NCBI GenBank assembly: GCA_021780535.1
Contig: JAJXYN010000009.1
Coordinates: forward strand, 224,360 to 288,359
Source: a bacterium
GTDB taxonomy: Bacteria > Patescibacteriota > Patescibacteriia > JAGPKW01
Direction: 5' to 3'
DNA length: 64,000 bases
The notes under the pieces were generated by a model. It had not been told where the DNA came from, searched no databases, and worked only from the letters and a program-made list of their open reading frames with translations. Both the position numbers and the translations under genes were made by a program. Shown here one piece after another: positions 39,477 through 48,017 of the stretch. Positions within the stretch are counted from its first letter, which is position 1; each line of letters starts with the position of its first letter.

Positions 39477-41195
39477 TTAAAAATTAAATATCTTCTTATA
39501 TGTTTCTAGTATTGGGTCTGGTATATCTTCCAATTCCAAATTCAAATTTAAATGTTCCAATTCTTGTTTAAAATTTATTTTTGATGGAGAAAATATATAC
39601 ATTTTAATCTTCTTATGTTCTAATTTTAATAAGTCTTTTTTAAATTCATCAAACATAAATAAATCAAATAAAATAGCTAGATAGATATCTTTATTTTGAT
39701 AAATTTTTATCATTTTTCCATTTTTTACAACACTAAAACAATCCTCTTTTAAACAAAGAATTTCTGTTGACCTATTAACCATTTTTTTTCTTAAGTCATC
39801 TGTTATTTTATCTAAATTTATAAAATCTGTTTTTAAATATTTTAGATTTCCTTTGAGGGCTTTTATTGTTTTGCCCTTTTTGTTTTTATAGCCCTCTATT
39901 ACTTTTTTTATTCTTAAATAACATATATCTTCGCATATTTTATGTTCAGATTTTTCATCGCCATTATTTGTACATAGTATAAATTTTCTATTCCCATTAT
40001 CTTCATTATTTAATTCCAAAACAGCTTGTCCCGTTGTTCCTGAACCAGCAAAAAAATCTAAAACAGTTATGTTATTATTTTTATTTGTAATTGAAATTAA
40101 ATGTTTAATAAGTTCTTTTGGTTTAGAAAAAGGAAAATCAATATCTAGTTTAATAAGTTCTTTTGAGCCCATAGAGTTTGGCATATCAATAAAAGTAAGT
40201 GGCTTCATACCAGCTTCTTGTCTTTCGTGTAAATAAATTTTTGTGTAAACATTCCATATAGACCTTTTACCACTCTCATCTATTAAAGGAGATGTTTTTG
40301 TTTTTAGAAAAACAACTCTATTTTCTTCTAATTTTGATTTAAATGTAGATGGTATCCATCTAAACATTTTATTTTCAAAAGGAGTTGTAACCTTTGTTCC
40401 GTCTGGGCACTCTATAAAATATCTCTGATTTGGACGTTTATCTAGACTTGGCATATATAAAGATACTAAATTATATTTTCCTCTATCATCTGAATATTTA
40501 AATAATTTTATATATTCAGAACTTTCTTGAGCTTCAGCATCGTTAAATTCTTCTAATAAATCTATATTTTTTGCATAACAAAGAATGTAATCTGTTGAGG
40601 GAGAAAAAAATCTACCCTTATTACTTGTTTCTTTTTGTTTTCTAACTACATTTGCTAAAAAATTTTGTTCTCCAAATATTTCATCGCATAATATCTTTAA
40701 TTGATACAATTCATCATCTCCAATTGAAATAAATATAACCCCATTATTATTTAGAAGTTCCTTAGCTAATTTCAATCTTTTATTCATAAAAGATAACCAC
40801 TTAGAATGTCTAAATCTATCTTCTTTATCAACAAATACATCATTATAAATGAAATCTTTATTCCCAGTATTGTATGGTGGGTCAATATATATAACATCTA
40901 TTTTTTCTTTATGTGTATAGCTTAACACAGACAAAGAATGATAATTATCTCCTTCTATAAGTATGTTCATACTATCATTTATATCAGATATTACATCATT
41001 ATAATTATCTTTTTTCTTCTCACTTAAAACAGGAAGGGATATTTCAGATTGTTTTTCAAAAATCTCTTTTTTATCTTCCCATATTAAACCATACCTCTTA
41101 TTTTTTTTAACAGTTTTTATTTGTTTTTTTAACTTTTCTATCTCATTTAATAATTCTTGTTCTTTTTGATTGTTTTGCATAAAAAAATCGGACAC
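39477..41195 (-). CDS. mod: Type III R-M DNA methyltransferase, Mod subunit (N6-adenine, beta class)
   Basis: DPPY motif IV (IYIDPPYNTG) before the C-terminal motif I (FFAGSGTTGQA). GTG start at 41195, with an alternative ATG at 41180. Confidence 0.8.
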   Translation of the reverse strand: MSDFFMQNNQKEQELLNEIEKLKKQIKTVKKNKRYGLIWEDKKEIFEKQSEISLPVLSEKKKDNYNDVISDINDSMNILIEGDNYHSLSVLSYTHKEKIDVIYIDPPYNTGNKDFIYNDVFVDKEDRFRHSKWLSFMNKRLKLAKELLNNNGVIFISIGDDELYQLKILCDEIFGEQNFLANVVRKQKETSNKGRFFSPSTDYILCYAKNIDLLEEFNDAEAQESSEYIKLFKYSDDRGKYNLVSLYMPSLDKRPNQRYFIECPDGTKVTTPFENKMFRWIPSTFKSKLEENRVVFLKTKTSPLIDESGKRSIWNVYTKIYLHERQEAGMKPLTFIDMPNSMGSKELIKLDIDFPFSKPKELIKHLISITNKNNNITVLDFFAGSGTTGQAVLELNNEDNGNRKFILCTNNGDEKSEHKICEDICYLRIKKVIEGYKNKKGKTIKALKGNLKYLKTDFINLDKITDDLRKKMVNRSTEILCLKEDCFSVVKNGKMIKIYQNKDIYLAILFDLFMFDEFKKDLLKLEHKKIKMYIFSPSKINFKQELEHLNLNLELEDIPDPILETYKKIFNF

Positions 41196-41400
41196 CTGAC
41201 TAGTTAGCTTGCGAAGCTACATAGTGGTATCCGAGAGACGCCACTTATGATTTAACCGTCAGATGCCCGATTATCTTCATAAATGGCGAATATATGTATT
41301 AAAAAATACAAAATAAACAAAAAACAATTATCTGTAATAATTGCAGTATTCTCTCGGATATTAAATTGTAGCTTCGCATTATCTAATATAACCTTAATAT
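41189..41400. repeat. GC-rich structured element with nested long-range inverted repeats
   Basis: Arms tgcgaagctaca…tatccgagaga (41210-41238) and tctctcggata…tgtagcttcgca (41350-41378). Inner pair cgccacttatga (41239-41250) with tcataaatggcg (41277-41288). Pair cggacacctgac (41189-41200) with ccgtcagatgcccg (41256-41269). Confidence 0.45.
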
Positions 41401-41544
41401 AACAAAAAAACAAGGCGATGCTATAACAAAATGTCTTTCTTTGTTTTTTATTATATTATTGAGCAACACTTCAATATATGTGTTGAAAAATGTGATATTT
41501 TAGAATAAGATAAAAGTAATATTTATATTTAAATTAAGATTAAA

Positions 41545-42642
41545 ATGGAAGAATTATTTAAAAATTTGAAACCTTACTCAAAAATAACCTTTTACAATGA
41601 TACAACGCCATTAGAATACGACTGTTTTGATTTAATTTTTGACTTATATCACGATTTTTATTCTTTAAATAGAGACACTACTTATACACTTAAAAAAAGT
41701 TTTGTATTTGATGATGATGAATTTAATAAAATTAAAATATTTTTAGAAGAATTAAAAAATGCTAATATTATTGATAGTTTTTCTGAAGAAAAAACAGCTC
41801 TTAAACCAAAAGATGATGATGATATAATAATGTGGCTGAATAGTAAATTCGATATAAAAATATTATTTACACCAAAAATAGAAGGATTTGATTTACTTGG
41901 CTATATTGCAGAAAAAAATAAATTAAATATCTACGGGGATAAAATACAAAAACAAAAGATATCTAAGATGATTTTATCTAAATTCGAAGAATACCAAAAT
42001 AATGAGTTATTTTTTGATTTGTATTATAGTGATGAATGGAATAATTCTGAAGATATAGAAAAATATTTAGATGGTTCATATTCTGATTACGAAAAGATAA
42101 ACGCATTTAAAACACTAAGAAATCTAGAGAATGATAAAATAATACAAATAAAAGAAACTTCCGTATTAAGAGAATATGGAAATAAAATAATTATAGCAAA
42201 TGTAAAAATAAAAATATTGGAAACAGATAAGCTTTATAATGCGAGCTATGATAAATCTAAAAAAGAAATTACTACTGATAAAGAAATAAACACTGAACAA
42301 TTTCTATATACCTACAATAAACAAAAGAAAAATGGCTCGCTTGTTTTAAAAAGCTTTGGGGAATACGTTAATTTTACAGGAAGAAGGAGCGCAATATTTC
42401 TATTTTTTTACAAAAAAAGAAATGAAAATAAATTTTTTGATTACAAAGAACTAAATTTATTTCTAAAAGAAAATGATTTTGAAGAAATAAAATCCGATGG
42501 CTTAAACAAAGACATTAAAACAGTTAATAAAATTATAAATGTTTTAACAAACAATGAATTAAAAGAAATAATACTTATAGATAAAGAGAAAAATGAAAAA
42601 GACGCTGATATAAATGTTTATAAATTTAATAACCTAAAATAG
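41545..42642 (+). CDS. Hypothetical protein (365 aa), first gene of the element
   Basis: ORF only. Asp/Glu/Lys-rich with no recognised motif. Confidence 0.45.
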   Translation: MEELFKNLKPYSKITFYNDTTPLEYDCFDLIFDLYHDFYSLNRDTTYTLKKSFVFDDDEFNKIKIFLEELKNANIIDSFSEEKTALKPKDDDDIIMWLNSKFDIKILFTPKIEGFDLLGYIAEKNKLNIYGDKIQKQKISKMILSKFEEYQNNELFFDLYYSDEWNNSEDIEKYLDGSYSDYEKINAFKTLRNLENDKIIQIKETSVLREYGNKIIIANVKIKILETDKLYNASYDKSKKEITTDKEINTEQFLYTYNKQKKNGSLVLKSFGEYVNFTGRRSAIFLFFYKKRNENKFFDYKELNLFLKENDFEEIKSDGLNKDIKTVNKIINVLTNNELKEIILIDKEKNEKDADINVYKFNNLK

Positions 42643-42860
42643 TCGGATTTATACTCGGATTTTTTAAAAAATAGCTAATATATGGCTATTTTTTATTTGA
42701 ATATTTTTATTTTTCATAAGTATATCGTATTTTATGTCGTTGTTAATAAATCACCAAAACCGAGAATAGTAGCATATTTTAAGTTATGAAATAATACAAA
42801 ATGAAAATATTTTCTAAACAACAAACTGCAGTTTGAATATTTAATAATAAAAATAAAATT

Positions 42861-43112
42861 ATGTTCAAATATTTAAAAGAAAACGATTTTTTTACAACTC
42901 CAGACATTTGTCTTGGGGCTACAATATTGTATTTTGGATACAAAATAGAATGTGTTGAAAATAAAAACAACAAAACACACTTCTCTTTTAGAAGAGATAA
43001 AAAACTAGATGATTTAATACAAGACCATTTAAATCATTTATTAAAGGTTGAGCCTATGATGTTTTTTGAAAAAACAAAAGAACTTAAAAAAAGAATACAT
43101 TTTGGTATATGA
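42861..43112 (+). CDS. DUF5659-like small protein
   Basis: FFTTPDICLGATILYFGYKIECVEN…THFSF…LKVEPMMFFEKTKELKKRIH matches the remembered DUF5659 pattern (F-T-D-L-L-A…G…F-F…E-P…L-K). Confidence 0.45.
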   Translation: MFKYLKENDFFTTPDICLGATILYFGYKIECVENKNNKTHFSFRRDKKLDDLIQDHLNHLLKVEPMMFFEKTKELKKRIHFGI

Positions 43113-43264
43113 ATTTAAAAGAAAAAGACATTAAAGAATTCCAAAGGCTTTATAAAGAAGAATTTGGAGAAGAATTGGATTTTGAAGAAGCAAAAAAACA
43201 ATGTGACGACTTCCTTGAATTTATGGTTTTATTCTTCAAACCAAAAAATCTTATAAAATATTAA
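43109..43264 (+). CDS. Small acidic ORF (51 aa), ATGA-overlapped with the upstream gene
   Basis: MNLKEKDIKEFQRLYKEEFGEELDFEEAKKQCDDFLEFMVLFFKPKNLIKY. Translationally coupled position. Below the ORF-track cutoff. Confidence 0.3.
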   Translation: MNLKEKDIKEFQRLYKEEFGEELDFEEAKKQCDDFLEFMVLFFKPKNLIKY

Positions 43265-43280
43265 AATTAACATTAAAAAT

Positions 43281-44567
43281 ATGGAAAATATAGAGAGCGT
43301 TTTAAGTTCTGTTGATGAAGTTTTTGAAAAAGAGCAAAAAGAGCAAATCAATAAATTTAAAGAAAAGTTTAAAGAATTAAATGCTGAAAATCTAAAAAGT
43401 ACTTTAGGTCTAACAATTAAAAAGGATAATGAAAATAAGATAATAACTTTCTTATGCCAATTATCATCTTACACAGAAGATAACCAATTTAATATTATAT
43501 TTAACGCCCCCTCTTCTAGTGGTAAATCATATATACCAACAGAGATAGCAAAACTTTTCCCAAGCGAAGATGTAATGGAAGTTGCTTATTGTTCTCCAAC
43601 AGCTTTTTTTCACGATAGTGGTGTATACAATGAAGAAAGAAAAAGTATAGATATGGATTTATCTAAAAAAATACTTATATTTTTAGACCAGCCACACGCT
43701 CAATTATTAGAAAGATTAAGACCTTTGTTGTCTCACGATAAAAAAGAAATACTTGTTAAAATATCTGATAAAACTGGCAAGGGCGGTTTAAAAACAAGGA
43801 ATATTTATATAAAGGGCTTTCCATCTGTAATATTTTGTTCTGCTAATACAAATATAGACGAACAAGAAAGTACTAGGTCTATATTATTATCACCTGAAAT
43901 AAATCAAGAAAAATTAAGAGAAAGTATCTTGGAAAAAATAAAATATGAAACAAATAAGGATACTTATAAAGATTTTATAAATCAAAATCAAGAAAGAATT
44001 TTATTAAAGGAAAGAATTTTAGAAATTAAAAAACTAAATATAAAGGATATAAAAATAGCAGATGAAGAACTTATTATAGGATTATTTTTTAAGGGTAAAA
44101 AAATATTAAAACCAAGACACCAAAGAGATATAGCTAGATTTATATCAATAATAAAATCATTTGCTTTATTAAATTGTTTCTATAGAGAGAAAAGTGGTGA
44201 TGACATAATAGCTAGTTATGATGATATAGAAAGTGCTATGAACATATGGCAAGTTGTTTCTGAAAGCCAGGAATATAATATCTCTCCTTATTTGTATGGT
44301 TTTTATAAAGAGATAATACTCCCATTGTTTTTAAGTAAAAACAAAAGAGGTATTTTAAGAAAAGAAGTTTTGCAAAAATATTTTGAAGTTTATGAAAAGA
44401 ATATACCAGATTGGCAATTAAGACAAAGTATTCTGCCAGCTCTTGAAAACTCTGGTTTAATATATCAAGAACAAGACGAAACAAATAAAAGAAAAATTCT
44501 TATTTACTGCTCCGAAAGAGAAAACAAAGAAATAATTGATTTAAGCAAAAACGAAATAACAATATAG
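43281..44567 (+). CDS. P-loop NTPase (element replication/primase-helicase-like)
   Basis: Walker A FNAPSSSGKSY and Walker B-like ILIFLDQ. 428 aa. Sits in the mobile element. Confidence 0.45.
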   Translation: MENIESVLSSVDEVFEKEQKEQINKFKEKFKELNAENLKSTLGLTIKKDNENKIITFLCQLSSYTEDNQFNIIFNAPSSSGKSYIPTEIAKLFPSEDVMEVAYCSPTAFFHDSGVYNEERKSIDMDLSKKILIFLDQPHAQLLERLRPLLSHDKKEILVKISDKTGKGGLKTRNIYIKGFPSVIFCSANTNIDEQESTRSILLSPEINQEKLRESILEKIKYETNKDTYKDFINQNQERILLKERILEIKKLNIKDIKIADEELIIGLFFKGKKILKPRHQRDIARFISIIKSFALLNCFYREKSGDDIIASYDDIESAMNIWQVVSESQEYNISPYLYGFYKEIILPLFLSKNKRGILRKEVLQKYFEVYEKNIPDWQLRQSILPALENSGLIYQEQDETNKRKILIYCSERENKEIIDLSKNEITI

Positions 44568-44604
44568 TGAGTTGCACTATATGTAATTTATAAATAATAA
44601 AAAT

Positions 44605-45255
44605 ATGAGTAAAAAACTTAAAATATTAAAAAAAGATAGAGACAGAGTTGTAAAAAGAATATCAGAAGATTATACAAACGAAGATATTGTAAATATATCA
44701 ATTTTAAATTCTACCACTTGGTTAAAAAGAGATAATCTTATAGAAGAGTTAAAAACGGATTTATCAGAATTACAATTATTAAAAAAAGAAAATAAAGACA
44801 CTTCAGAATTTGAAGAAAAAATAAAAGATAAGATGGAAAAGATATCTCTTGTTAATAGTAATAAATCCAGTCACGCTTTTATAGAGGGCGTGTCTGTGAG
44901 GTATAGAGGTTATGCTATAAAAATGAAAGAGGATTTAATAAAAGAATATGATGCAAAAACGTTGATAGAATTTTCTCTAATAGAACAAATAGTAAGTTCT
45001 AATATAAAGTTTATTGCCTGTTCAAAAAAAATGATAGAAGCTTCTGAATTTGATTACTTTGGAAATGATAGAAATAATTTTTTAAAATTTTTATCTATAG
45101 AAAAAGATAGAGCTTTTAGACAGTTTATTTCTGGAACACAAGCATTGCAACAATTAAAACAACCTTCATTGAATATTAAAATAAACACTAAAAATGCTTT
45201 TATAGCTCAAAATCAGCAATTAAACAGTAATTCAGAAAACAATGATACCAAATAA
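44605..45255 (+). CDS. Hypothetical protein (216 aa)
   Basis: ORF. Overlaps the next gene by 14 nt. Confidence 0.4.
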   Translation: MSKKLKILKKDRDRVVKRISEDYTNEDIVNISILNSTTWLKRDNLIEELKTDLSELQLLKKENKDTSEFEEKIKDKMEKISLVNSNKSSHAFIEGVSVRYRGYAIKMKEDLIKEYDAKTLIEFSLIEQIVSSNIKFIACSKKMIEASEFDYFGNDRNNFLKFLSIEKDRAFRQFISGTQALQQLKQPSLNIKINTKNAFIAQNQQLNSNSENNDTK

Positions 45256-45565
45256 TTTCGACAAGTTTTTAGTAAGTCAATGTCAAAAGCTTGATATAAA
45301 AAATCTAGTTAAGTCAATACAGGAAGAGCTTTTAAGAGATTTAATATTAAAATCTGAAATAAATTTTGAGGATGTAAATATAGAGTTTTCTTATTCCAAG
45401 ACTGGCTTTGATGGTTCTAGGTTATGGTTAAAATGCCCTATATGTAGTCATAATATAAGAATAATTTATAAAACACCTAATAATTTTATAGGTTGTAGAA
45501 AATGTTTAAACTTAGACTATGAAAGTCATATATATAAAAAAATAAAAAATAAAATATGGGATTAA
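45242..45565 (+). CDS. Small Zn-finger protein (107 aa)
   Basis: CPIC…(18)…CRKC motif. Confidence 0.4.
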   Translation: MIPNNFDKFLVSQCQKLDIKNLVKSIQEELLRDLILKSEINFEDVNIEFSYSKTGFDGSRLWLKCPICSHNIRIIYKTPNNFIGCRKCLNLDYESHIYKKIKNKIWD

Positions 45566-45864
45566 GTATAGATGGTAAAAATATAGAACAAAATATACAT
45601 TTTAACTGGAATTGTTTAGATAATTTTATAAAGTGGTGTAGCACGAAAAACATACCATTATTATTTCCTGATTGGGACGGAACAAATGCCAATAAAATAA
45701 TTGATTTAAGAAATAAGAAATCACAAAGAAAATTAAAGAAAAAATTGTATGTGGTAGAAAAATTTATAACAAATGAAATAGATTATAATTTGTTTATTCT
45801 TATTAAGTATTATATATTTTTAAAAAATCAATTAGATAATAATGGATTTATAGAATATTCTTAA
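45556..45864 (+). CDS. Hypothetical protein (102 aa)
   Basis: ORF. Overlaps the previous gene by 10 nt. Confidence 0.35.
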   Translation: MGLSIDGKNIEQNIHFNWNCLDNFIKWCSTKNIPLLFPDWDGTNANKIIDLRNKKSQRKLKKKLYVVEKFITNEIDYNLFILIKYYIFLKNQLDNNGFIEYS

Positions 45865-45874
45865 CTTAAAATAT

Positions 45875-46015
45875 ATGATTTCAGAAAAAAACTTACAAAA
45901 ATTTATGGATTTATACGAAAAAGAATACGGGGTTAAATTAACAAGACAGGAGGCGTTCAATCTTTTCTCAAGGTTTGTAAACATAGTAAGAATTGTATAT
46001 GAAACAAAGGATTAA
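45875..46015 (+). CDS. Small ORF (46 aa) upstream of the recombinase (excisionase/RDF-like candidate)
   Basis: MISEKNLQKFMDLYEKEYGVKLTRQEAFNLFSRFVNIVRIVYETKD. Position suggests a directionality factor. Speculative. Confidence 0.25.
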   Translation: MISEKNLQKFMDLYEKEYGVKLTRQEAFNLFSRFVNIVRIVYETKD

Positions 46016-46115
46016 CAAATCAATAAAAGTATTATAAAATGATTATATTGACCCAACTTAATATTTTCTATGAAAGAGACTTTTTATAATGTCTATCTTT
46101 GTTATCGTCTATATA

Positions 46116-46170
46116 GGACAGTTCTGCCGATAATTCTTTCATAGGAATGTTGGGTCAATCAGGACTGTCC
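46116..46170. other. Candidate recombination (att-like) site: ggacagt…(40 nt)…gactgtcc inverted repeat
   Basis: Imperfect inverted-repeat arms GGACAGT / ACTGTCC, interleaved with a second pair ttgacccaac (46048-46057) / gttgggtcaa (46149-46158). About 35 nt upstream of the serine recombinase start. Confidence 0.35.
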
Positions 46171-46204
46171 TTTTAGATTTAATAAAATTAACATTAAAAA
46201 AAAT

Positions 46205-47827
46205 ATGATAAAAGAAAATAGAAATTTAAAATATGCTATATATCTTCGTAAATCAACTGATAGTGAAGATAGACAAGTTCAGTCAATAGAAGACCAAGAA
46301 AAAGAAATAAATATTTTAGTAGAAAGAGAAGGAATTAAAAAAGAAAATATAATAGAAATCTTCAAAGAAAGTAAATCTGCCAAAAAACCTGGGAGAGAAG
46401 AATTCAATAGAATGATGTGTTTAATAAAAGAAGGCAAAATTGATAGTGTTATGTGTTGGAAATTAAATCGTTTAGCAAGAAATCCTATCGATGGTGGCGA
46501 AATTCAATGGTTACTACAACAAAATATAATTAAATCAATATTAACAAATGAAAGAGAATACCTTCCAACTGACAATGTTCTTATGATGGCAGTTGAATTG
46601 GGAATGGCAAATCAATTTGTATTAGACTTAAGTAAAGATGTTAAAAGAGGAATGAGGGGTAAAGTAGAAAAAGGCTGGAGACCAATGAGAGCTCCCATTG
46701 GATATATAAACGACAAAGCTGGTAATAAAGGAGAGAAAAAGATTTTTAGAGATGAAACTAGATTTGATATAGTGAGAAAGTGTTGGGAGCTTTTATTTAC
46801 AAGAAAATATACAGTACCAGAAATTACAGAAATAGCTAATGAAACATATGGTTTAAGAGACTATAAAGGTGAGAAAATAAATAATAGCACCTTTTATAAG
46901 ATATTTAGAAATACTTTTTATTATGGAGAGTTTAGTTATTGTGGCGAAGTGTATCAAGGAAAACACGAACCAATGATAACAAAAACAGAATTTGAATACG
47001 CTCAAGATATTTTAAGTGGTAGTAAACATAATAAAAGACCAAAAACAAAAAATCTCCCATACAATGGAATTATTACTTGTGGCGAATGTGGCTGTTATAT
47101 TACATCAGAAGAGAAAATAAAATATGTTAAGTCAGAAAATAAAGTCAAAAATTATGTATATAATAAATGTTGTAGTAATAATAGATGTTTTAAATGTTCT
47201 CAGAAGCCAATAAAATATGAAGAATTGTCTGAACAAGTTAAAAAATACCTAGAAACAATAAAGATAACTGATAAATTTTTTAATTTTGCCCTAATGGTTT
47301 TCAAAGAAAGAAATATGGTAGAAGAAGAAAATAGAAATAGTATCATAAGAAACTTACAATCAAATCATACGGAGGTTATAAAAAAGATAGATAACTTAAT
47401 AAATTTATTTGTATCTCAAAATAATCAAAATAGAGAGCTTTTAAGTGAAGATGAATATATTTCTCAAAAATCATTTCTTGCTAAAGAAAAAATAAGAATA
47501 GAACAACAAATAAAGGATATTATGGAAGAAACATCAACTCAAGATAAAAGATTTGATGACGAAATAAACTTTGTTCATACAGAAATAGAAATGTTTGATA
47601 ATGGGAGTTATGAAAAAAGAACTCAAATATTAAGAAAAATGGGAGAAAGCTTTATTTTAAAGGATGGAATGCTTGATATACAATTAAAAAAAGTATTTCT
47701 AACATTCACTACTTACCAGTCAGAGTATAAAAAGAGAGAAATAGAACTAAGCAATATAAGAAATTTCAGCGAATTTAAAACAAAAAAAGAAGCTGATGCT
47801 TCTTTTCGTTCTATCTGGAGCGGGTAA
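46205..47827 (+). CDS. Large serine recombinase (integrase)
   Basis: N-terminal resolvase domain (AIYLRKSTDSEDRQ…LNRLARN), recombinase domain and Cys-rich zinc ribbon (CGECGCYIT…C…C). 540 aa. Confidence 0.85.
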   Translation: MIKENRNLKYAIYLRKSTDSEDRQVQSIEDQEKEINILVEREGIKKENIIEIFKESKSAKKPGREEFNRMMCLIKEGKIDSVMCWKLNRLARNPIDGGEIQWLLQQNIIKSILTNEREYLPTDNVLMMAVELGMANQFVLDLSKDVKRGMRGKVEKGWRPMRAPIGYINDKAGNKGEKKIFRDETRFDIVRKCWELLFTRKYTVPEITEIANETYGLRDYKGEKINNSTFYKIFRNTFYYGEFSYCGEVYQGKHEPMITKTEFEYAQDILSGSKHNKRPKTKNLPYNGIITCGECGCYITSEEKIKYVKSENKVKNYVYNKCCSNNRCFKCSQKPIKYEELSEQVKKYLETIKITDKFFNFALMVFKERNMVEEENRNSIIRNLQSNHTEVIKKIDNLINLFVSQNNQNRELLSEDEYISQKSFLAKEKIRIEQQIKDIMEETSTQDKRFDDEINFVHTEIEMFDNGSYEKRTQILRKMGESFILKDGMLDIQLKKVFLTFTTYQSEYKKREIELSNIRNFSEFKTKKEADASFRSIWSG

Positions 47828-47890
47828 GGAGAATCGGACTCCCCTCTTCAGCTTGGAAGGCTGACATAATAGCCACTATACGATACCCGC
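47816..47890 (-). tRNA. tRNA-Gly (anticodon TCC), CCA encoded, with an atypical T-loop (C at position 55)
   Basis: Reverse complement GCGGGTATCGTATAGTGGCTATTATGTCAGCCTTCCAAGCTGAAGAGGGGAGTCCGATTCTCCTTACCCGCTCCA. 7-bp acceptor stem and anticodon stem TCAGC/GCTGA. The 3' 12 nt overlap the recombinase stop. Confidence 0.65.
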
Positions 47891-48017
47891 GATTGCTTAC
47901 GAAATATATAATATCAAATATTTCTAATATAATCAAGATCAAGCTTTGTTATGCTAATTTATGACTTGCTGAAATTTATATTCCGAGTATCCGATAAGGT
48001 GGTTATACTATCATCTT

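Larger units (their letters stand above)
41401..47890. mobile_element. Putative integrative element (serine-recombinase type) abutting tRNA-Gly
   Basis: Gene block all on the + strand: DUF5659-like, P-loop NTPase, small Zn-finger ORFs with 4-10 nt overlaps, and a large serine recombinase ending inside an antisense tRNA-Gly. The left boundary is uncertain. Confidence 0.45.

Noticed and set aside
41180-41195. Alternative ATG start for mod at 41180 versus the GTG at 41195
   Set aside because: Not resolved. The AGGTG upstream of the ATG is about 12 nt away (long), while the GTG has a weak ribosome-binding site. The longer ORF is kept and the start left uncertain.
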